A program made the position numbers and the translations under genes. A stretch of 32,362 nucleotides of DNA, taken from positions 1 through 32,362 of the forward strand of contig RBNJ01000354.1 in assembly GCA_003990765.1 (NCBI GenBank), in the 5' to 3' direction. The notes under the pieces are model-generated. The model searched no databases. It was not told the origin of the DNA and saw nothing but the letters and a program-made list of their open reading frames with translations. This document shows positions 10,401 through 21,719 of this stretch, in pieces. Every line of letters begins with the position of its first letter. Within the stretch, counting starts at the first letter, position 1. Source of the stretch: Jimgerdemannia flammicorona (Eukaryota).

Positions 10401-13400
10401 CACGTAGGCGCACCCAATGCCTGACACAGTTCCGACATACTGAAGAGATCCAGCTTCGTCAAGGTCGTGTTCTGCTTCAGGGGGCGTGCCCCCTCGTTGC
10501 CGATCCTGTTACCTGAATATGAACAGGGGATGGATAGGTGAACACGCACAGATCTTTAGCTTGATTCCATCAAGCAGCCACACACAATGTTTCACACAGG
10601 TCCGACATACTATAAAGATTCAGTTCGGTCAAGGTTGTGTTCTGCTTCAGAGATTCGGCTAGGGCGCGCGCCCCCTCGTCGCTTATGCCGTTAACTGAAG
10701 ATGAACAAGGGATGGATGAGTGAACACGCACAGATCGTTAGCTTGAATCCATTACGTAGCCGTACACAACGCTTCACACAGTTCCGACATACTGGAGAGT
10801 TTCAGCTCGGTCAAGGTCATGTTCTGCTTTAGAGACTCGGCTAGGGCGCGTGCTCCCTCGTCGCTGATGCTGTTCACTGATCATGAACAGGGGATGGATG
10901 AGCGAACACGCATAGATCGTTTGCTTGATTCCATCGCCGTCGCACACAATTCTTCATACAGTTCCAACATACTGGAGAGATTCAGTTCGGTCAAGGTCGT
11001 GTTCTGCTTCAGAGACTCTGCTAGGGCGCGTGCCCCCTCGTTGTCGATGCTGTTCACTGAACATGAACAGGGGATGGATAAGCGAATACGCCAGACGTTA
11101 GCTTGATTCCATCACGCAGCCACACACAATGCTTCACACAGTTCTAACATACTTTCGAGGTTCAGTTCCGTCAAGGTGGTATTCTGCTTCAGATACTCGG
11201 CTAGGGTGCGTGCCCCCTCGTCACCGACGCCGTTTCCTGGACATGGACAGGAGTTGGATGAGCGAACACGCACAGATAGTTAACTTGATTCCATCACACA
11301 GTCGCAAACAATGCTTCACACAGTTCCAACATACTGAAGAGATTTAGCTTGGCCAAGGTCGTGTTCTGCTTCAGAGACTCTGCTAGGGCGCGAGCCCCCT
11401 TGTGGCCGATCCAGTTGTCTGAACATGAATAGGGGATGGATGATCGAACACGCACAGATCGTTAGCTTGATTCCATCACACAGCCGCACACAATGCTTTA
11501 CACAGTTCCGACATACGGGCGAGATTCAGCTCAGTCAAGGTCGTGTTCTGCTTCAGAGACTCGGCTATGGCGCATGCCCCCTCGCCGCCGATGTTGTTGT
11601 CTGAATGTGAACAGGGGACGAATGAGCGAACACGCATAGATCGTTAGCATGATTCCATCACGCAGCCACACATAATGCTTTACACAGTTCCGACATACGG
11701 GCGAGATTCAGCTCAGTCAAGGTCGTGTTCTGCTTCAGAGACTCGGCTATGGCGCATGCCCCCTCGCCGCCGATGCTGTTGTCTGAAACATGAACAGGGG
11801 GGTGAATGAGCGAACACACACAGACCGTTAGCACGATTCCATCACGCAGCCGCACACAATGCTTCACACAGTTCCGATATACCTTCGATATTCAGCTTGG
11901 TCAAGGTCGTGTTCTGCTTCAGAGACACGGCTATGGCGCGTGCCCCCTCACCGCCGATGCTGTTGTCTGAACATCAACAGGGATGAATGAGCGAACAAGC
12001 ACAGATCGTTAGCTTGATTCTATCACGTAGCCGCACACAATGCTTCACACATTTCTGACATACATTTGAGATTCAGCTCGGTCAAGGTCGTGTTCTGCTT
12101 CAGAGACTCAGCAATGGACCATGCCCTCTTGCTGCCGATGCTGTTGTCTGAACATGACAGGAGATGGATGAGCAAACATGCACAGATCGTTAGCTTGATT
12201 CCATCACGCAGCCGCATAATGCTTCACACAGATCCGACATACTTTCGAGGCTCAGCTCGGTCAAGGTCGTGTTCTGCTTTAGAGACTCAGCTAGGGCGTG
12301 TACGCCCTCGTCGCCAAGTGAATTCCCTTTAAAATGAACAGGGGATCAGCAAACCCACACATATCATTATCTTGATTCTATCACGCAGCCGCATACAATG
12401 CTTCACACAATTTCGACATACCTCTGAGATTCAGTTTGGTAATCATTGAATACTGCAGAGACTCGGCTAGGGCACGTGCCCCATTGTCGCGAATCTTATT
12501 CCCTAGAAATGAAGAGGTTATGAGCGATCACAACACTATCGTTAGTTTGATTCCATCATGTAACCGCACACAATGCTTCACATAGTTCTGGCATACAGGA
12601 AAAATTCAGCTCAGTTAAGGTCTTGTTCTGCCCCAGAGACTTGGCAAGGGCTCCGGCTTCCTCGTCGCCAAAGCTGTTCGCTGATGTTGAATATTGAATG
12701 AGGAACATGTGTAAATGCTAGGCGTGATTCCATCAGATAGTTCTGACATACCACTGAGATTCAGTTCCGTTAAGGTCGAGTTCTGCTTCAGAAACTCAGC
12801 CAATGTACGGGAGAACAGAATGCCAAAGCTGTTTCCTGATATTATCAAAAAATAAAATAAAATAAAATAAAATAGTTAGCACAATTGGATAAGCTTGTTC
12901 CAATAAACCTGCCTTAATAGAAATGTTGACACACCTGTGAGATCGAGCTTGGTCACATTTGAGTTCTGCTCCAGATATTGCACGAGAACGCTCGCTGCTT
13001 CATCGTTAATGTTCTTTCCTGAACGTGACGGAAGATTAGATAGGCACCTATAACAAGCTAATTTTCTGCCAGCAATAGTTCATATATTTCTGGCATACCA
13101 GATAGATTTAGCTCATTGGAAGTCGTGTTCTGCTCGAGACATTCGGCTAGAGTGCCAATTTCTTAAGGTAAATGGAGAGTTAACAGACCACGAGCTTGAC
13201 TAGATGACATGGCTCCTTCGTACAATTCTGACATACGTGGTGTGTTCTGCTGCTGAGGCTCAGCGAAGGGGCCGGGCTCGCCCAAGCTGGGGCTTCTCTC
13301 TGAACATAAATATAATGAATGATGATAAATAACTATAAACTGGCAGTTACTGTAAGCAATTTTGGTATAATGAACGGTACGGAACAAGAACGCGAATTCC

Positions 13401-14804
13401 GACGAGTTGGGAAATGTGAATACTGAATCATGTAACCACTTTCGCTACATACCTAGATTTGACTGACGACTGAGACTTTCAAGCACTGCTCGCGAGTGAT
13501 GTTCTGTAATTTCCTGGAGCTGTTTGCTTGAATAAAATTTGCTTCCGGTATGGAAGACGCTCGGTCCGTCAAAAAAATCGAAATCGCTGGTGGTGCTACT
13601 GATCAATTCTTGCTGATGGATGACCCGTCGATTATTGATGAACGATTGCATTTCCAGCGAAAAGGGCACCCTCTCAATTGCAAGGGCTCTTAAAACGTCA
13701 TCTTCCATAATTGTTGGCAAGGAGGGACGAATGTCGGCTAAACCAGCTGCACACTCGATCAAATGAATGTAGACATCACGCGCGCTTGGTCGCCGGTTAG
13801 GGTCGAGATTCCAGCAGCTCTGAATGATATCGTTGAATGCCGTTGGCGCACCAGGGATCAGGTCCTCGCGAAGGCTATTTGGTTTTGTTGATGCGACGCC
13901 ATTGGGTGGGACGCCGACGACCAGCTGCCACAGCAGAGTTCCCAAGCAGTACACGTCGGATTCTTTTGTATACTGCTTGTTCTTGAACATCTCTGGAGGA
14001 AGGTATTCAATCCGACCGTAGACTCCTTCTTCGGAATGGTCTTGCTCTGCAGAACGGCTAAGTCCCACATCAATTAAGAGTGTGGTTTGAGACGTGTTGA
14101 ATACTACATTGCCCGCGTGGAGATCCTGATGGCAGAAGCCCATATCGTGGAGACTGCTCAAGCGACTGGCAAGTTTTATGGCATATGTCAAAGCCGTGTA
14201 CCAATCACCATCTTGTGCGCATGGCTGCTTCTCGAGAGTACCAATGTCAGCAAAATACATAACCATCAGATACTCTTTGGTAACAGGGTGTTTTGACAAA
14301 GCAACAATATTCATTGTAGGTGTATTGCTGATGTCATCTCTGCAGTAACTCAAATATATATTCAGCACTAACTGTGTTGGTGGGATGAAGAATAGAAATG
14401 TTACTGGAAATAGAATTTGTCTGGAAAATATCATATGTAATTATATTACACTGACGGGAACTCACCTCTTCGGCCATTGACAATTTCAATTCTTTGGCGG
14501 CCACCTTGTACAAAACGCCGGATAATATAACGTCTGCCTGGTAAACTTTGGCAAACCCGCCTTGGGCAAGCGGCTTTAAGCTTAGGAGTTCCCCGGGCTG
14601 AATCCAGGCGAGGTATGGCTCCAGCGATGACACGCGCAAGGCGGCGAGGCAGGAACGGAGTTGCAGACCTTCATTGAGTTGCTTGTTAAAATCACGGAAA
14701 TTGCGATTCTTCCATTGCAAGATTTGTGTTTCGTAGTCTCTGTGCAGTTGGTCCCAGGGCTTGATTAGGGCCAGCAGGTTCTGTAGACGGGAGTGGTCGG
14801 ACAT
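7489..14804 (-). CDS. Multi-exon TKL-like Ser/Thr protein kinase fused to a C-terminal array of ~33 RI/NLRC3-like leucine-rich repeats (~1320 aa predicted)
   Basis: Exons read by hand with GT..AG sites. Kinase: 14804-14466 and 14371-13453, with motifs QGGFAKVY, VAAK, HQDLHAGN, DVG, YLPPE, SDVYCLG and CWNLDPNRRP. LRR exons: 13299-13237, 13161-13099, 13018-12935, 12835-12752, 12680-12597, 12502-12422, 12326-12243, 12147-12064, 11966-11883, 11782-11699, 11600-11517, 11418-11335, 11236-11153, 11056-10973, 10876-10793, 10694-10611, 10512-10441, 10342-10259, 10160-10077, 9978-9895, 9798-9715, 9620-9537, 9438-9355, 9257-9174, 9086-9003, 8906-8823, 8724-8641, 8542-8462, 8357-8274, 8176-8093, 7994-7911, 7812-7729, 7651-7578. 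The probable last exon is 7494-7489 (H-stop); the alternative is read-through to 7425. The spliced frame is open throughout. Confidence 0.88.
7578..13299 (-). repeat. Tandem array of ~182-bp units (84-nt LRR exon + ~98-nt conserved intron), 33 units
   Basis: Exon consensus xNSIGDEGARALAESLKQNTTLTELNLx. Intron consensus gtatgtcggaactgtgtgaagcattgtgtgcggctgcgtgatggaatcaagctaacgatctgtgcgtgttcgctcatccatcccctgttcatgttcag. Units are highly similar from ~7729 to ~12326 and diverge at both ends. Confidence 0.96.
13453..14804 (-). CDS. Kinase-domain exons 1-2 of the kinase-LRR gene (94-nt intron at 14465-14372)
   Basis: ORFs 14334-14804 and 13445-14434 join in frame via GAG|gtgagt...cacag|TTA (MAEE-LVLN). 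Exon 2 ends CTA G|gtatgt, which is phase 1 and matches the LRR exons. Confidence 0.92.
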
Positions 14805-15009
14805 ATTGGCAAGAGATTTTGCAAAAGAGGGACGATTTCGGTGTCACACACCACGCACATCACATGATTCAAGCCACGATTAACGTCATAGTTAAGAACG
14901 GCGCAGGATGACATCTGGGTTTCAGGGTGTAGCACATATCTTGTTTTCGAAACTTGAGAAATCGGCGCCTGCCTATTTAATGATTTGTCTATCAGTGTCT
15001 TCTCTCATT

Positions 15010-16300
15010 AAAGTGAATAATAATAAAATATTAATATTAAACTGATTAATATTACTTATATAAAATAAATAAATAAATTTTATTAAATAATGACTAATAT
15101 TTAAACATTAATTTATTAAAGCTTTTTTTTATAATATTATTAATAAAAAAAATAAAGAGTTGAAATAAAGTCACTCCTCTTAGAATATAAATCCACCCCT
15201 TTCAGAATCGAAATCCACCTCTTTCAAAATGTAAATATATCTCTTTCAGAATATAAATCAACTTCATAATATTTTTTTTACTGTTTTTTTTTAGTAATAA
15301 GAAATATTAGTAATAGAGAGCAGTACTAAATTATACAAAAATTACTAATAGAGTATTATTACAATTAGAGACTTTTATTCTTTTACTAATAAGTATTTAT
15401 ATATTTTAAGTTATTAAATATTTTCTCTTTCTTAATTTTTAATTTATATAATTATGAGACTTTTACTATATTCTAATAATAAGATCTGATCTCTAATTTA
15501 TATTAACTCTAATAATTTATATATCTTTTTGATATTTATTCTTATAGATAAAACTTATAATCTATTATATAGTTCTTAATAAGGAGAGATATTTTATTAA
15601 TATTTATTTTTATATATTTTAAATATTAATATAGTATATATAAGTTTTATAATAATATATTATATTGATAATAAGTAATAAATTCTAATAATTCTCTACA
15701 GATAATAGATAAATAGTAATTATCTTATTTTTAATAAATTTTATAGTTTAAAAGATATCTAAGTTAATATATATTTATATATTTTAAAAAATAATATAAT
15801 TGAGTAAAAATTTAAAAAAAAGACATTATTATTTTAATTTAATATTTTATAAAAAAATAAATAAATAAAATAAAATAAAATAAATATATAAATATATATA
15901 TTATCAACTTATAAAAGTCTTAAGTCTTTATTAAAGAAAGAAATATGTTTATATATAATATAAAATTATATAAATAAAAAATCTTTTAAAGATATAAATA
16001 TATAATATGTAAGTATTGACATATATATATTATATAAATCTGTTCTGAAACTCATGATTTAGATATATAAAGCTAGCTGATACTACAATTTATAGAAGAC
16101 ATTATATTTTAATATATATAAATTACTCTCTTTTTTCAGACCAGCTAAGAAATCACAGTAAATATATTTATAACTCATTTCTACTAGTAAAAAGATTATT
16201 GATTGAGTAACTTGATTAACATTTCTGACTGGACTAGATAATCTATAGACTTCAGCATAATTTAAGAGAAAATTTTTCACTATAATAGTCACATTTATAT
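15010..16300. other. Extremely AT-rich, heavily mutated block
   Basis: Almost no CpG and very low G+C. Surviving C/G mostly occur in CT/AG contexts. No credible ORF. Confidence 0.75.
15172..15259. repeat. 22-bp minisatellite, 4 copies
   Basis: cactcctcttagaatataaatc / cacccctttcagaatcgaaatc / cacctctttcaaaatgtaaata / tatctctttcagaatataaatc. Confidence 0.75.
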
Positions 16301-16577
16301 GGTTTTTCACTAAGATATTCTTTTTATATTGTGAACTTGGAAAAGAAGGCCATTTTTAGCCTGATGTTTTCAAAATGATTGCAGTCAATACCAAGCATAT
16401 CAAGATAGGTTTTTTGACAAAGTGGTGTATTACAGTTCCAGCAATAGATACAGGCACCAAAATACTGCAATGATTTCTTGTATAATGAGGAGGACTGGGA
16501 GAAAATTCAACATTGGATAGAGCGTGGTTGTAATAATTGGTGTTGAATGCCTTTTTTTAATCTGCTTCCTCCACTAT

Positions 16578-19500
16578 CTCATACCACTCCACTGTTTTCT
16601 GAAGAGCTTCTATGTCTGCAATTGACCCAAGGCCCACTACTATATCATCTACAAAGACTCCAACTTTCCAGACAATTCCAAATACAGAGAGCCCTACTAC
16701 CTTGTACTGAATTCTATCCATCAATAGCTCCAAGGACAGAGCATATAAAATAGGTGACAATGGGTCTCCCTGGGAAATACCTCTATCCAGAGAGAATGCC
16801 ACCCTCTGATGACTATTGCATATAAGTGCTACCCTACTCCCTTCCAGTAGACTGATCATTGACACTTGAAACTACTGGAGTATTCAGTACCTTTATTAAC
16901 CAGACCTGCTGAACCCAGTTATAGGACTTCTCCTGATCTAGGAAAATCAATCTCCTATCCAGCCCACAGGCTCAAGCCCCTTCAATAATACCATGAATCC
17001 AAGCTGTGCCATCTCTAATGAGCTGGCCCCCAATAAAGCCCTGCTGCTCCTCACCCAGGACTTGCTGGACCACCTTCTGCAGCCTTGCCACAACTACCTT
17101 GGTGACCATCTTTCTGTCCATGTCCAGAAGCATGATCAGTTGCCAGTTCTTCCAATCCTCTCTCCTGCTCTTGTCCTTATACAACAGCACTACCAACTCC
17201 AGGTCCTGCTCCCCCATCTACTTCCCTGACTGTAATACTAAGTTGCAAAGTACTGTTATCTCTCCCAGCACCCCAGGGACTCCCACTATCTTCTTCTAGA
17301 AGTCTCAGGGCAGACCATTCTCTCTAGGTGCAGTACCCAGTGAAGTCACAACAAGAACATGGTATATGTATCTCCTCCTCCTGAACCAGTAATACAAAAT
17401 TGCCTAGCCCATCTACTTGTGGGGGATATTACTCCTCTAAAGTATGTTTGATGGTGGCAGCATCAGCCCCACCCTCCTCCTCACTTTACAAACTGCTCCA
17501 CCTCTCCTTCAGCAAGCCCAAAATATTTTGTAAACTATGTATCAGCAGACCATCAGAGCCCAGTACTCCCTCCCATTACTGCCTCACCTTCCTTGCCCAA
17601 AGGAGCCTTGAAAGGTACTTAGAGGGCCTCTCTCCATCCTCCAGCCCCTACCAGTGTAGCCATGCAGCCATTCCTTACATATGGATCTCCTCTTCCTCCT
17701 TCAATATCTATTATAACTCAGTGACCTCCAGCCTTGCTCACAACAGCCTCCAATCCTCAACCCCCTCTAAGGTTAAAAGATCTGCCCAATTCTCCTGAAG
17801 CTAGACTAATCTAGCAGAGGCCCAGACCACCCTCCTCTGCTACTGTCTTCCCACTACCTTACCAACCTCACTCCAGTAATTCTTAGCAGCCTCCTTTAAC
17901 CTCACTCACTGAATATCCACAGGAGTGCCCTCATGGACTCAACTATCTACTTTCTGCCTAATATCCTTAGCCCAAGTATCCCATAACTCCTTCTTAGCTA
18001 ATAAGGAGAAATTGAGGCACCAATGTCCAGGCCCATCTTCACTTTTTCCAAACTGACTATACCCAGTTGTCTGATCACAGGTACCACTCAACCTCCAGGG
18101 ACTTCCAGATATCCAGACCCCAACAATTGGCTGTCAGCACCCAGTCTATCCTAATCTCAAGTCTACCCACTCAATGGGTATAGACCCTCCTATCAACTCA
18201 TATTGCTTAACCAGCATCTACTAAGGATCCAAGTTACTCCACTTCCTCCCAACCTTCTAGGCCACTACTCTTGCCCTCAGCATTCCTCCCTCCATCCATC
18301 CTGTCTACCTGTACCAAATACACTATGTTAAAGTCTCTTCCCAGCATATCCACTCCAGTCTCTGCAAGTGCTCTACTATCCAGAAGACCAGCAATCCACT
18401 CCATATGCTCACCCCTAACAGCAGGACAGTAATAAGATCTAACCACAATTGGCTCCTACTCTGGTTGATGTCATTCCCTCCAAACCAGTTGATCCCCCCT
18501 ACTATTACATATTTCACCTTGCCCTTTCACACCAGTATCCCAACCTTGTCTATCCATATTACTGCACTTCCTCATTCTCTCATCCACTCCTATTGATCCA
18601 GGTTCTCCTCACATCATATATCCTGCAGAAGAAAAAGATTAGCTTCTAATCTCTTTAACCATATAAAAATGTTATATCACCTCCAAGTACTTCTCAAGCC
18701 ATTCATGTTCAATGAAAATATGTTAGTTGTACTATTCATGGGAAATAATGTTGAAATAGATGTATTCTCTTCACAACTCCATATTCCTCTCCTCTCTAGC
18801 CAAGTCCAATCTATGTTCTGCAGCAGCCTCCTCCTTCTCAATCTGCTTAGCCTCCAGTCCAACCAGAAGTTTGTCCATTACCACATCATCCTTCAACTCT
18901 ATCTCCTCCTAGTACTCCAGGCCAGATCTCCAGTCCATGCTTCTGTTCTCACCAACAGACTACTCACTCCCTAGCAGCCACTGCCATCTCAGCCTCCCTG
19001 GCTTCAATCACCTCATAGCCTTTCTCATTCAGAAATACTACCAACACCTCTGTTGCCAGGGCCTCTATAATATCATCTCTCTGCAGCACCCTAGCCCAAT
19101 ACTCCTTACTGATGACTCACAAATCCACATCTCCCAACTTCTCAGCTGCCAAGTTATTCATCACCTGGTACATCCACTGTAAGTCTCCAATCTCCTTGCC
19201 CCTAAGGGTTGCTGGTTGGCCAGCCCCCAGCATCACTGTATTCACCCTCACACTTGTAGACTCATCTCACTCCTCCTCAGGAATATCTACCAGCTCATCT
19301 TCTCCAACCTCAAACACTTGCCCTCTACTCACCATCTCAGGTACTCCAAACCAAACACAACAAGTCCCCATCATCTCCACATCCTCCCCAGCCCTTGGCT
19401 GTACAACTCCAGACCTCCCTCCCAAATTCTCACTCTCCTCCCATATCTCCAGCATACCATCATCATAGAGAGGCTGGTCCCTTGCCTCCTGGCTCCCACC

Positions 19501-20858
19501 TGCAGTCTTTGTACTCCTCTCCACCTCAACATCTGTCCAGACACTCTCCTGAGTACCCCCTATAGCACTATCAGAGCTGGGTGCTACCCTCTTCTTCACC
19601 TTCTCCTTCAAACTAGCCAGTAACTCTCTCTGCTACTTATGCCCCTGCACTCTCTCCCACTGCCCCTTATCTACCCAAATATACTTCCCATCCACTACTT
19701 CCAAATGTGTTGAGTCTACAAATGTCTGCCATGCCTTGGGCTATAGCTCCACCACTCCACTGAGCTCCTCTAGCACCTCCACCAGATCCTCCTTCTCCTC
19801 CACACTCTCTTTCACTCTTGTCACCTTACAGATAAATGTCCCTCACATCAGTACTGAGGGCCAGTCCCTCAGCTTCCCTGTAGTCTCCCTCCCAGCCAAC
19901 CAGAGCCTGACATCCACATCTCTCATCCTGAATGAAGTCCCCTCCCAGATCTGGAAGCCAATATTAACCACCTCACCATACTCTGCCATAACCTCCTCCA
20001 CCCTCTTCTTATCTCGACCATCATTACTGTGGGCACTCTCTTCACTAGTAACTGGACTACTCTGGGGTCCCACCTCAGATAGCAAGCCATTGAAACCACA
20101 ATCTCTCCTACAGTCAGCCACACCTTCATCACCTCCTCCAAGAGAGCAGTCTTCTCAAAGCCCACCTTCACTCCCTCAAGTCCCTTCAGGAACTTCACTG
20201 AGGCCACTCCAGTCATTTGCTTCAAGATCAGTCCCAGAACCATCCTTACTATCACTGCTAAGTCTCAGAAGTACAATATAACTGCAAACTTCAAGATTGA
20301 CTTCTTGAGTAACAGGGCTACTGTCAGGCCTGTTACACTATCAGCCAGGTCCCCCTGCCCCTATCTGTCTCCCTGTATAGCATCACCATCAGCTGTTACA
20401 TCTCTTTTTTTTTCTTGATCCCCCATCACACCTCCATCAGCAGTCACTCTACTGTCCCCTCCTCCTGCCCCTACACTTGCTCCTCTCAGCAAAGAGCCTT
20501 CTGCCCTCTCCAGACTAGCCTTGTCTTTCTCCTCAGCTCCACCAGCCCAAGCACCTGCCAGCCATCTACTCTCCTTCACCTTATTAGTGAAACTCAGGGG
20601 CCCAGATCCTCTCCTATTTCCACCAGACACTAGTTGTCCTTCAGAGCCCTCCCCATCCTTTATACTTCTAAAAGCATCCATCTCCAGGCCATAACCCCTC
20701 TCCATGTGTTGCCAGCCAAATGCCCCAGGTCTACCTGACTCAGTACACCCATCAGAACTCTTGCTTGAAGAGATATTATAATAGTATCTTTTCTCTGAAC
20801 TATTATGAAAAGTGTTGCCAGAAGTTTGTGTAATGTGAATTATACCAGAAAGGTCCTG
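16578..20858 (-). mobile_element. Degenerate LINE copy 2 (same family), 5'-complete and 3'-truncated within RT
   Basis: Collinear with copy 1: ORF1 remnants 18677-20705, MNSTTNIFSLNMNGL, GRDFN, QQGFIGG, GISQGDPLSP and FVDD. Homology stops shortly after the (F)VDD motif at ~16578. Confidence 0.92.
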
Positions 20859-21384
20859 TATTTATGAGTTATATATTATATCTGGCTATTTGCTTTATTT
20901 TGAACTAGATAGTTCTAAGCCACTCTTCGGAAAAGCTGTTATACATGGTTGATTATCATGTGGTATTATTTGCAAAATACATACCATCAGATTCTTATTG
21001 CTTGCTTTCTTGAATGACTAAACCAGCATAGTCATTCTGAAGTAGTGCAGGCTGCACTGACTCTTTTGCACTGATACAGAATCCCAGGTTCAGTGATTTA
21101 TAATCCCCAAAGGCCAGTTTGTAGATTCATTCAACCTGTCCATAGAGATCCAGAAATAATACATATAATTTACAGGCATTTTCTTCTTAGGCCCATATAT
21201 TACTCTGAGCTGGCATTTTTATTTACCCACAACCTGCTAACATGTACCAATGTAAATACCATTATACTAAGATATAATGAGATACTATAGGGATGCTCAG
21301 TTGTTTCAGCTACAATTTTACCATTACTCTTGTGCCAATGTGGAGTTGTCAATAGTCCTTTCCATTTTGACAGAAAAACAGAAT

Positions 21385-21719
21385 TTTGACTGGTGGGGGG
21401 GTTGGGAGATGAGTGGTTGATATTAGAATGAGTGCTGGTGATTTGGGTCAGACTTGTGGGATATTGACTATCAGTATTTGAGGAGGATCAACAGTTGATA
21501 TTGGGGGTAAGGGTGGTTAGATGGGAGTGGCTGATGATAGATATGTTGAATGGGTAGTAGAGGGGTGGGGGTGCTGGTGGGGGGGTATTGGAGGTGATTG
21601 GTGGAGATAATCTGTAGAAAGAGTGGAGAGAGGATTGGGGTGGTAGGAAAATTGGTGGTGTTTTAGGAAAATAGTGAGAGGGAGAGAGAGTTTCTGAGTG
21701 GGATTGAGTGAGGAGCTCA
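21385..21719 (+). mobile_element. 3' fragment of a related LINE in the opposite orientation
   Basis: G-rich, CpG-free segment that resembles the reverse complement of the copy-1 3' region (1-300), e.g. tggttgatattagaatgagtgctggtgatttgg vs tggctcactgtagggtgagtattagtagtgtgg, and ggtggagataatctgtagaaagag vs ggtggcaaggatctgtaaacagag. Confidence 0.55.

Noticed and set aside
7578..12326. CRISPR-like array (regular repeats with ~182-bp period)
   Set aside because: The whole unit is repeated with no unique spacers. Units are LRR exons plus GT-AG introns, the context is eukaryotic, and there are no cas genes.
7705..12332. Many short plus-strand and off-frame ORFs across the array
   Set aside because: They are antisense or intron-read-through shadows of the spliced LRR exons.
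13445..14434. Stand-alone 329-aa kinase ORF
   Set aside because: It lacks the Gly-loop and VAxK, which lie in the upstream exon. Its first 21 codons are intronic, and its end coincides with a gtatgt donor in phase with the LRR exons.
20860..21380. Possible decayed gene fragment on the minus strand
   Set aside because: Short coding-like stretches with stops and no recognisable motif; it cannot be supported as a feature.
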